Assembly: GCA_016748015.1 (NCBI GenBank)
Contig: JAAOMT010000175.1
Coordinates: forward strand, 1 to 35,549
Reading direction: 5' to 3'
DNA length: 35,549 nucleotides
Origin: Geosiphon pyriformis uo1
Lineage: Eukaryota; Fungi; Glomeromycota
Position numbers and translations under genes: made by a program. Under the pieces are notes generated by a model that made no database searches, was not told the DNA's origin, and saw nothing but the letters and a program-made list of their open reading frames with translations. Below, one piece after another: positions 22,423 through 33,786 of this stretch (positions are counted from its first letter, which is position 1; each line of letters begins with the position of its first letter).

Positions 22423-25400
22423 TTTTTTTTTTTTTTAACAAGTAAGGTCCAAATGCAATCTAGTACTATACATCAAGGAAAAATCTAAACTAGGTGCAAA
22501 TTATGCATTTTTTACATATAACCAGCCACTTGAACCAATCAAAACAACACTATACAGCTATGTGGACTGAGACTGAACCACCAAGACCTGAGAAAAATAA
22601 ACAAGATTTGCAAAAACCAAAACATATACCAAAAGCATCAGCCATACCAAGCAGTTTCATCATACTAGTGGAAAACTCCGAAGACAAACCAGAAACCAAG
22701 ATAATAGCTGAACCATCAGAAGGAATTAAACCATGCTTTTTCATATAGGCATGGTGCTTAGCATGAACCAACCATACATTATCTCTAAAAGCTAAACTAA
22801 GAAAGCACACAAACTTAACAATCTCCAAACCAGCCAATTTAGAATCATGGAAAACAGAGATGACCTTCCAGAACCAACCATCAAAAACAAAACCCTTGAA
22901 AAGAGCCATAGACACAGAGGAACCTGAATTGCAAGATAACAACAGCTGTAACACACACAAAGAAGCATGAAAGGAATCAAAAAGTGTTCTTCAAGAATTC
23001 ATATAGAAGTCCAATAACTGACGGCAAGCAAACTTGTCAACTCTATAAAAGAATGCATAATCCAACACCTCCACTTTACTGCAATATAAACACAATACAC
23101 TGAGATAAAGTCTATTATAAAGGTGCTTCCAAATGACAACAGGCAAGTGATAATGCAAAGCCTTCATGAAATAAGTGCATGTATTGGCTGAAAGCCTGCT
23201 GGTAAAACCAGTAGCCATGTGCAAATCAGGATGCCACACCAATGAAGAGCAGATCCAGTCAATTTCAGAAAGCAGACTGTTCTCCAAAAACTTACAACCA
23301 GAACCAACCTCCCAACGTACACAACAAACAAAACAAAAATATTACAAACAAAGTATTTAGAATTGCCAAAAACCATATTACTATCAGCCACAATAAAACA
23401 TTTATTCACATGAGAAGGAAGCCACCAACCTGAAAGAGAAGCAATACCAACAATCACATTGGCACACTCATTCTCTGAGACACCAGAGTGACTTTTTACT
23501 TTGTGCTAACTGACCTTCAAATTCTTACTATAAATAACATTAGAGATATGTTGATGCTCAATCCAATACTGATTACGAAAGTCAGGACATGCCAGACCCA
23601 ATTCTGACTTACAAGCATCGAAAGCAGATTGACTGTCCGAAAATAAGCAAACAGAACTAGACAAGAGAACACACTCCAGAGCCAGCGCAATAGCCTGCAA
23701 TTCTGCCAGAATAGAAGACATCAAACCCATAACACCAACACCCAAACCCAAACCAATGTCCTCAAAAAAGGCAGCAATATTAGCATTACAGTTGACTGAG
23801 CCAAAGTTTTTCATGGATCCATCAATGTACATAGATAAAACGCTAACATCAACTTGTAAAAGATGATTGCAAATAGATACAAAGTCACTGGATTTAAGAA
23901 TGATCAAAGGGCCAACACCACACAAAATTGTGAAACAACTTGGAAAAAAAGTTACATTGTCGAAAAATACAACAGACAACTTGAACCAATATGGAACAGG
24001 GCCTTTGGGATCCAATCTTTTCTACTACTTAAAGGTGTACCAATCAAAGACAACACCATAATGATCATGAAGTTGCTCCACATACACAATACCATACTAC
24101 TGAAGAGAAGGAAAAAATTTGATAAACTTTGACTTACCCAGAACAGCAGACATGGGCACTCCATTATAGAACTGAAAAGAACTGGCCATGAGGCTGCTCA
24201 AAAACAAATTACAATCAAGAAGAATACAAATCATGCTTGCCAGAAAATTATTAGAAGCACTGACATGAGTACAAACAGGAGAGACCAATAGATGAGCAGG
24301 GTGCCAATACCAAATTTGTAGGTCATGAGACCAGTGAGAAAATAATCAACCCAAAATTTCACCAGAGTTCACAAAGCTATTAAGTAAAGCAATCTTACTT
24401 TTAGACTGAATTTGCAAAAAAATTTTCAAACCATAAAAGGAAGGGTGGTGAATAGTATTACTAAGAAAGTCAAGTGGTAGAGCAAACTTAAGTTTCAAGC
24501 TTTTACAAATTAGAGTATCCCATTTGTTGCACACACCAATAGGAACAAAGCTAAACTGTATTCTGTAGCTGACAATAGAGTGGAGGACCACTAACACTAA
24601 ATATAAGAACTGCTTATTTGACACAGCTTTTCTTAAGACCAGATTAGTGAAAAATCAAACATCCAAATGCACCTTAGCCAAACTAGGCTTCGAAAAACCT
24701 TCAATCGAAAAAAAAATACCCAAATACTGATAAGATTTCTCTTTTTTGGCAATAGTAATGGGAGAGCCACTAATAAAAAGAAAAGAATTACTGATTTTAC
24801 TATTGATAAGAATAGCCATTGTCTTTTTGTTATTAATAGAAATGTCATTGATCTGGAAAAATTCACTAACAATATTAAGAATGTGTTGAGTAGCATTCTG
24901 ACAGCTATCAATCTAAATTGTATTATCAATGAAAGCACCAGCAGCAAAAAAAAAAAAAATCCAGCTCGAGATTTAGTGTGACTATTCTTGGAGATAAAAT
25001 GTAAATTGATCTTGTATCTACACATACTCTTCTGATGTTTGACTTTACACAACAGAGGATCATAAAACACATGCCATAGAAGAAGGGAAAAAACTTCATC
25101 TTGATTCAAATCATCATGTACACAATAACCATCTGTTAAACTAAAATCTGTCATGACTTGGTTGGTATGACCCCTATGAATATTACCAAAAAATTGGATG
25201 AATCTGTTACATATTTTAATTCTGACCAAACTTTTTTCAAGATGATTTCAGCCAACCAAATCATACGCCTTCCGCATGTCTTGCAAAACTAGCCAGAGCT
25301 CCTGGTCTTTTTTCAAAGCATTCTCAATGACCAACCCAATTGCAAAAATAGGAGACTGAGTTGTTGTATCCTTCAAAACCAAAAAATTGTCTTCACGAAA

Positions 25401-27115
25401 AACATCAAAAGTGCTGCAAGCTGAGGAAATTCTATCAGAGAGAATTTTGGAGAGGATCTTGCAAGTCATTTCAATCAATGCAATAAGACAAGTATTCATT
25501 AAAACACCCTTCCACTTATATAGTTTAGGAATTATCAAGACCCAGGCTTCTTTTCAAGAATTGGGAACAGATTTATCAGACAAACAACAGTTCAGAAGCA
25601 CCAAAAGCATGTCCAAAATAGATTTATCACAATGCTTCCAAAGCTCATTCGAGATATCCAAGAGACCAGCAGCTTTGCCATCAGGCAGATTAAAAACCAC
25701 CCCAAAAAATTTCTCAAAATCAATTAAACACAATACACCAGAAAAAGCTCCATCAAAAACGTGTTCCAAAGGCTGATATTAATAACACCAATTATCAAAA
25801 ACATCAGAAACTGTTTGATGCTTCCAGATCCAACTTTTCATAATTGTATCAACCTTAGACTTAACCAAACTAGGCTCCAAAACCAGCTTATCATCAACAA
25901 CTAAATAGTCAAGCACCATCTTGCGAAAAGAACATTCCAATACACTTTTGATAGTATGGCTTTTATCCATCTCAAAGCTCTTTATCCTTTTGTCAATAGT
26001 GGATTTAATGTCCATCTCTTTAGCTCTCAAAGAATCTGCCAGCTTCAAAGCATGATAAGATTTTCTAGCTCCAGAGAGGACAGAATGAACACAATTAAAA
26101 GATGCATCAAAGTCCACTAAATTCTGAACAATTGAAGCTCTAGCACCATCCAGAAAACACCAAAACTCCATAAGAGAAACAAAATCATCAACACCATCTC
26201 CATGAAAAATCTTAACAATCTTCAAAACTAAAAGTTCTAATCTGTGAAACTTTGAAGATCTCTTGGTGAAAATGTAATTATTGTTCCTAAACCATTTCTT
26301 TTTGAATATTTCATTAGCCAAAAACACCATAACTCTTTGAATAACATCTCACATTGTGTTCAAGTCTGAAAACCTTGAAGCTGCAGCAAATTTATTTGAG
26401 AACATCACGTTGGCCACTGTAGCATCTTTGAAATCATTCTACTTATCTTCACCAGCATTCTTGAAATTGAACTTCCACCAATCTTTATTCACTTGTTTGT
26501 GAAAATAGTTCAACCATGTGTTTAAAAGACCATTAAGACCCACAGACATAAAAACTGCTTTGTGATCCATGTCAAAATACTTACTGATCTCTAAAATTTC
26601 TTAGTGCACTATTGCATTAACCAGATTTGGGAAGACAAATATGAAGTTAATTGTTTTTATGACTCTTTTAGAGTTCACCCAAGTAGGTTCTTTGATGGCC
26701 AGACTACCAGCCAAAGAATTAACAAGCCCAAATCAGCACACTTTCTGAAACTTACACACTTATGAGAGCCATCTTCATTGAAATCACCACCAAGAATAAC
26801 AAAAGATGACTTATTTGCTGCTTTCATAATAAAAAAGTTGATCTTACCAGCCTTGGAGAACTGAACCACTGAGAAAGCACCAGCATAAAGTCCCAAAATT
26901 GACACCAAAATCTTATCCTTGAAAAGCAGTTTAATAGAAAAAAGCCAACCAGACATCTCAGAAACTCTGCTCACATGTCTTGTCAAAGAAAAATTCATAA
27001 TGACAACAACACCAGCACCCAAATGATCAGATTCCAAACCAGAAGTGAAGACCCAAACACCATTAAACCTATTAGCAATCCACGGGCAAATTTTTTCTTT
27101 TAGTTTTAATTCTGT
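22423..27115 (-). mobile_element. Non-LTR retrotransposon (LINE) ORF2 pseudogene: AP endonuclease, RT, RNase H, CCHC finger, with poly(A) tail; the 5' part is cut by the Gypsy insertion
   Basis: EN: TELKL..., GAGVVVIM, ILGLYA, ILGGDFN. RT: GKAAGLLDISNELWK, IPK, QDMRKAYDLV, LNQDEVFS, AFIDNT. RNase H: YIDGS, AELQAIALAL, SDSQ, KVKSHSGVSENECAN. CLYC finger. T14 run at 22423-22436. Confidence 0.95.
23440..23840 (-). pseudogene. RNase H domain of LINE ORF2
   Basis: YIDGS...AELQAI...SDSQ...HSG..NEC matches the RNase H1 catalytic motif pattern. Confidence 0.9.
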
Positions 27116-28095
27116 TGTTACCAGACAAAATTAGAGATATTATTTAGCATAAAATTATCTTATAATTCCTATCATTAATTAGCATATATTATCATTTCAA
27201 TGATCACTTATTATATTAGCAAAAAATGTCCGAAATTATCATTTAATTAATAACCCAAATTGTACACAACACAAATGTAACCTAATTGCGATGATCAATC
27301 ATGCAATACCCCAAACTATGTAACATTCAGAAGTTCGCCGAAATTTGTAGAAATTTGCCAAAATAATTGATAGTTCACTGAAATATCTAATAGTTCGCCG
27401 AAATAACTTGTAGTTTGCCGAAATGTATCTTTAGTTCAGCGAAATTGTAGAAAATAACAAAGTTCAAGTTCATAGAATAGTGTTACAACAAGTTGTATAA
27501 AAGAAGAGATTCTCTCTTCGAGAAAATGTATCTTACTTTAGATTTATCTCTTAAAACCATTCCTATACACACAAAAAGAAATAAATATCAAATAATTCGA
27601 AAAACCAAATTCTTTAATTATTATATTTGGAAAATTCCCAAAACTCAACTAACATTTCGAAATTGATTAGCTACCAATTTTAGTAAACTGTTAGTGACTC
27701 CAGGCCTGGATAGAAAACGTTTCCCTTGACAAAAATTCTATTTCTTTTATGTTTCTTTTATTTTATTTTATTTTCTTATTACAATCATTAGGGTAGCCTA
27801 CAGACAAGATTCCTGTAGAAGAGTTGACTTTCACAGCAAAGTAACTACACATTTTTAGTGAGCTTCCAGATAAGCAATTCTTGGGAAAGAGTTGACGTTT
27901 ACTACAACGTAACTACATAAAGCAACTGGCACGGAATTGGCCATTTCACTCATAAGCCCAGCAAGTTCAAATTATAGGAGATAATTTGAAGATAAATTCA
28001 GTTACTGAAGGTTCAACCACATCCAGAAAACGTGAATTCACAGCAAACAAGCATCAACAACATTTAAGAAAAGAGACCAAAAACCTCCGGTAACA
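27116..28095 (+). repeat. 5' LTR (980 bp)
   Basis: 7-bp terminal inverted repeat TGTTACC...GGTAACA. Homologous to 19201-20147. TATAAAA at 27496-27502. Confidence 0.93.
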
Positions 28096-28113
28096 TTTGG
28101 TGCTCTCCCACAG
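28096..28113 (+). promoter_or_regulatory. Primer-binding site TTTGGTGCTCTCCCACAG
   Basis: TGG lies 2 nt after the LTR end, complementary to a tRNA 3' end ...GAGAGCACCA. The tRNA identity is not determined. Confidence 0.85.
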
Positions 28114-28137
28114 AAATAACACAGCAACAAATTCAAA

Positions 28138-29600
28138 GTGGTGACCACTTCAGACATCACAACCTTAGAGTATTATCAATCGATTTACACACACTGCAAA
28201 CAATGATTTGAAATACGCGACGGAATCATAGCTTTCAAGAAAACACTTTTTCAATACATCGAAAATCGAATCAACGACTACCTCTTTGGGAACTATAACA
28301 TTACAACAGTTAAAAAAGATCTTTTTGAGAACATACTACACTATTCCAACACTGAATCAGAAAACATTAGTACTGAAGCTTGCGCTACTTATTTTGAGGA
28401 ACTCAATTATAATATTATTTGATTCTGTGAAGAAAAATATCCTGCAAACGCACAATTTGCCTTTGAACTCGAATCTGAACCTGAAACCAGTAGCAACAAA
28501 AGACAAAAAGATAACCAACCTGTTCACACAACACTCAATACTTCCAAAATATCATTCAAACACCTGAACAAGGAACCAGCTCAAAACTTTCACTTACTAT
28601 CACATCTTTTCCAGCTTCACTTGCACAAGCCCAAACACCTAATTCACCCTTGAATTGATTTGCAAGACCAGAAGATTTTACATCACTCAGAAGTCCCACC
28701 AGACAACAAAAATCCCTTCAAACTAGTTCCAATCTCCTTGATTTTCTAGCTGAAAACCAAAGTAAACACTCTGAGACAGCAGCAAACAAAGAAAACAACT
28801 CTGAAATAACCGAAGAAAAATCAATAGACAGTGAAAACAAAGAAGACGAAATGACAACATACATTACAAAAATCCCTGAATTCAATGGAGAAGATATTGA
28901 GACCAGTTCCCAAGAATGGCTTGACCAAGTTACTAAAGCTGAAGATGCAAATGGATAGAATGCTGCCAGAATGTTAAGAACAATTCCTTACTTCCTCAAA
29001 GGAACAGCAGGAGAATAGTTTGAAAATCTTGCCGCCCCATTCAATGATTGGAACGCTTTCAAAGCAGCCTTCCTTAAACAATTCACCGACAATAATACCT
29101 CCATCACTCTTCGCAATTATTTTCGAAATATCAAACAAGAACTCTCCAAATCCGTTATGACTTATATTAGAAAATTCAACAAACTTCTCAAATGGATTCG
29201 CCAACTCGAGACAAACGATTATTATTCCAATGCTCAAATCTTGGATCAATTTATCGCTGGTCTAAAAGATAAACTAATTAAAAAGATTCACCCACATGCA
29301 CTAGAAGATTTAAACTCTGCCATACAGCATGCAAAAAGATATGAAATGGCCATGGAAGAAGCCAATCGTACAAAACTTGTAAATTTGGCAATTGGAGAAA
29401 CCAGCTCAGCAGCTAAGGAAAAAATTGACCAACTCACAAAGAAGGTCAAAAACTATTTCATCAATCAACAACAACAACCCCAAAGATATCAACCACCCCA
29501 AAGACAAAATCAAAATAACTTTGCACCACTTCCCAATAACCAGCCCCAGAATTGCCATTACTGTGAAATCTCTGGCCACTAGGAAAGAGATTGCAGAAAG
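28138..29600 (+). pseudogene. gag: N-terminal domain, gag core (from ATG 28851) and CX2CX4HX4C knuckle
   Basis: IPEFNGED...EWLDQV, IPYFLKGTAGE*F, QILDQFIAGL and CHYCEISGH*ERDC. One frameshift near 28560. Confidence 0.92.
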
Positions 29601-30110
29601 CTACAGCGAGACCAACAAAACAGGGGTAATCAACATTACTCTTCACCACAGCAATCTTATTATCAACCACCACCACCAGCTTATTATCCACCAAGACCCC
29701 AATACCAAAATAACTATTATCAGCCCACCTCACAACCAATCCAACAGCAATACCAACAACCATCCACACAACATTATCAAGTACCTGCTCGAAGACTGAT
29801 TACACAAAATTAATTCACACCACAAAACCGATACCAAGTAAACAACAGTAGAATTGGTTCAAACAACCAATTGGTTCCCCAAAATACCACTCAACCAAGA
29901 CCCAACCACTACCACACTCAATCCAGTTATTTAACAATGCCAGAAGAACAGGATTTTCACCATACTGTATTCTCAGAAGGTAAAGCTGCAGCACAACAAC
30001 AATGAAACTCTTCTCATAACCACACCACTATTCCACCAGCCCGAATTGCTGAAAACGCCAATCTCTCTGATATTTTTTCTTTTGAATTTGAAGCAAATGA
30101 ATCACCATTC

Positions 30111-30520
30111 TTGCTTAGCAATACAGCGGCTAATAAGCAAAAAGCCATCACTGTAATGTACACAGAAGCTGAAGTAAAAGGAAAGCCAATTTGCTTGATC
30201 CTAGACAGTGAATCCGCCAGAAGCATTATCACCTACCAGTTAATACAACAGTTGAAAAGAAATGTTGACCGACCAGCTCAAACAGTAATCGTCACTGCTG
30301 ATGGCATGAAAAAGACACCAGTAGGAGAAATTGACAATTTTTCATTCACTCTTAATGGAATCATCATTCCAGTTAAAGTTCTTGTAATGGACGCACCCCA
30401 GTACCAAGCTCTTGTCGGAAATGATTGGCTTCAAAAAGCCAATGCTAATCTGAATTGGGAAACACAAGAGTTAACAATCTCCTACCAAGAACAACACATC
30501 TGGGTACCTGCCATTTGTGG
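30111..30520 (+). pseudogene. Aspartic protease
   Basis: LILDSESARS (DSG>DSE by G>A) and ALVGNDWL. Same frame as the gag core. Confidence 0.93.
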
Positions 30521-30734
30521 TACATTCAACAAACGATCTGAAAAAGCCCTGGCTTTTGAATTTGAACCCAAAGAAGAAAAACCAATAATTGAAACATTCA
30601 TGGCTCTTGGATCAACATCCAACTGGGCCAATGAAACAGAACAAGAACATTTTACTCCACACACTAAACCCGAAACCTCTGGATGGAATATATCTTACTC
30701 AAAACCCGAACCAAAGAAACGACGCCCCTATATT

Positions 30735-31350
30735 CCCCTTAAATGTAAGGACTGCCACAAGAAACTATTGTCAATGGGAGCCTGCATTTCACCTGAAGAA
30801 GAATATGAGAATCATACTTGTTATTACTGCAAGGCTTGCCACAGAGAGCAATGGGGCCATCTAATAAAAAAGAGCGGAAAATGGGACAACACCCCTTGTT
30901 TGACTTGTGAAGATATGCTACCAGAAGAATGCAATTGGATTGATGTAGCAATGAGAGGAGGTGTCTGCAATCAGACCTGCCAATATGCTTTATCAATTTC
31001 AGAAAAAGTAAAAAGAGGAACATCTTTTTATGCAGCATACAACAGTGCTTTCAACAAACTTTATCACTACCCTCATGATGCCGAGATGATTTTCGACTTA
31101 GCAATGGCATTAATTAATGGAGCTACCAAAGAAGATGTTCATCAAATGAAGGAAGCAGAATACATTGAATACACTATGGAATTAGCTGGATTCAATTATG
31201 AAGATAAAGTAGAAGTCTACCACCAAATTGCAAGTCACACTTATCTGACCCAAGAAGCTCAAATTCAACGATTAGAGCAAATGAACATCAGGCTATGTGA
31301 AGAATACATTATGCCTTGTGATGAACAGTAGTGTCCTGAATGCTATGCTC
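30735..31350 (+). other. Cys-rich, probably metal-binding domain of unknown family between PR and dUTPase
   Basis: CKDC, CYYCKAC, CLTC, CNQTC, LCEE..PC and CPEC. Also present in the - copy (~15920-16545). Confidence 0.75.
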
Positions 31351-31469
31351 TTAGTATTTCCTTGCCCAGCGAAAATGATGAGAATGAAATTAAATTTGGA
31401 GAACCTAAAGAAATGGAAAAAATTGAAATAACACCCATTTACCTTATTAAAAATCAGCCTGCCTTACAA

Positions 31470-31895
31470 CTTAAATACTTCAACAACAATGGACAAGGAA
31501 TAAAACCTGAAAGAGCACATGAAATTGATGCTGAATATGACTTAAGATATCCAGGCAAGGATACTCTTGTTCTCAAACCCAAATCTTTCACAAAAATCAA
31601 CCTCAAAATTGCACTCGAAATCCCGCCAGGAGCAATGGTTCAAATCATCTTCTGGTCCTCTCTGGCAAGCAAAGGAATCAATGTCAGAGGAGAAATAATT
31701 GATGCTGGATATACTGGAGACATAACAGTAATGCTTCAAAATAAAACTGACAAACCATTCAAGATCAAACATGCTGAAAAAATTGCCCAAGCTATTTACC
31801 TACTCTTGATCAACATTTCGGGTTTGCAACTAGTCAATCAAAGAGAACAATTAGGAAAAAGTGATAGAGGAATCCAAGGTTTTGGTTCAACTGGA
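31470..31895 (+). pseudogene. dut: Trimeric-type dUTPase domain within pol
   Basis: All five motifs are present: DAEYDL (AGYDL), WSSLASKG (RSS), GEIIDAGYTG, KIAQAI and RGIQGFGSTG. Confidence 0.96.
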
Positions 31896-32419
31896 CGATT
31901 CACAGTTTCAGTTAATATAGCTCTTAACACACAAAACGAATCCCACCAAATTCTCAGACTTCCACAACTGATTACTATCTCACCCTTTGAAGAACATCCG
32001 GAAATCTACACCTGCCCAAAGTCAACAACTACACAACAAATTTTTGAGTCCAATGAACAAGTCTGCTTGGAACATAATATTTCAATTCCAAACATTTATA
32101 TTCCAGAAGGAACAAAGAAAGTCCGAGTTACTTTTTACAACCCCAATAATTACCCCATAATTTTATTAAATAATTTAGAAATTGGAGTTATTCACAGTAA
32201 TATATTTCAACAAGAATTACCCCAAGTAGTTCCCGATTTCTCTGAAATTATTGGACATTCAATGCCAAAAACCAACCCAAACCCCAGCTCCGAAAACTAT
32301 CATGTTGTCATGGAAAAACTATCTCAAATCAACATGGGACAACTTGAACCACAACAACAGACCCAGCTCAAAGAGCTAATTGCAGAATTTGCTGACATTT
32401 TCGCTAAAAACAACAATGA

Positions 32420-33737
32420 CTTAGGAAGAACTGATTTGGTTCAACACCAAATCTATACAAGAGATGCCAAACCTAGGCAACAACAAGCCTACCGAGTTGC
32501 TCCAGAAAGTCACCAATTTATCCGAGAAGAAGTACAACGGATGCTTAACAATGGGCTTATTCAACTATCAATGAGCCCATGGGCCTCATCTGTGGTCCTA
32601 GTTAAAAAGAAAAATGGAAAGATACGATTTTGTGTTGATTACCAACAACTCAACAGTGTCACCATTGGGGATGCCTACTCTCTTCCCCGAATTGATGACA
32701 TGTTGGATGCTCTTGGAAAGTCCAAATACTTTTCAACATTAGATTTAAAGAATGGATACTGGCAAGTTGCTATGGACCCCAAAGACCGCCCCAAAACAGC
32801 ATTTACCACTCAAGAAGGAAATTACGAGTTCAATGTAATGCCTTTTGGATTATGCAATGCACCAGCAACATTCCAAAGACTCATGGATGTTGTTTACAAA
32901 GGCCTCCTTTGGAAATCAGTAGTAGTTTATCTTAATGACACTAATGTTTATTCATCATCTTTCGAGCTACATTTAATTCACCTGTGAGAAGTTTTTCAAC
33001 GATTACAGAAAGCAGGATTGAAACTGAACATTGAAAAATGCTACTTTGGAAAAACAAGTTTAGCTTTTCTTGGTCACATTGTTAGCAAAGATGGAATCAA
33101 ACCAGACTCTGGAAAAATCAGTACTGTCAAGAACTTCAAGACTCCACGAAATACCACAGAATTAAGAGGATTTATTGGATTAGCATTCTATTGCTGAAAA
33201 TTCATCAAAGAATTCTCAGAAATTGCAAAACCCCTCAACCAGCTTACTACTAAAAATGTCGAATACAAATGGACAGAAGAACACCAAAATGCCTTCGAAA
33301 TACTTAAGAAAAAACTCACAACAGCTCCAATCCTCGCCTATCCAGATTTCAGCAACTGATTCCAGTTAGCAACTGACGCCTCTTATACTGCCTTTGGTGC
33401 CATCCTATCACAGTTAGATGACAATGGAAATGAGCGAGTAATTGCTTATGCTAGTAGAACATTAAAGCCAGCTGAAAAGAACTACCCTGCAACAGAATTA
33501 GAAACCACAGCAGTAATCTGGGCCCTACATCACTTCAATCTTTATCTCAGACCCAAAGAATTTGATATTATCACTAATAATATTGGACTTTAATGACTTC
33601 AGAACAAAAACACCCAGCTGAACGCAAAACAAACCCAATGGACAGGATTTTTAGCCAATTACCAATACATTGTACACCACAAACCAGGAAAACTCTATAC
33701 CAACGTTGATTGTCTTTCAAGAATGAGGCAAGATTAG
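32420..33737 (+). pseudogene. pol: Reverse transcriptase and RNase H
   Basis: SPWASS, RFCVDYQQLN, LDLKNGYWQ, MPFGLCNAPATFQR, YLND, FLGH, LATDAS, IAYASR and NVDCLSR. Stop TAG at 33735-33737. Confidence 0.97.
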
Positions 33738-33786
33738 AAAACGAAACAAACACCCATTTGAATTAACAGCATCAAAACAACAAACA

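Noticed and set aside
22494-25776. Several + strand ORFs (e.g. 22494-22748, 24667-24981, 25387-25776)
   Set aside because: They are antisense to LINE ORF2 and have no independent motifs.
28974-31790. - strand ORFs overlapping gag/pol
   Set aside because: They are shadow frames of the C/A-rich Gypsy coding strand.
31470-31895. Host dUTPase gene or endogenous retrovirus
   Set aside because: The domain is in frame within a Ty3/Gypsy pol and is repeated in sibling elements. No env is identifiable in the window.
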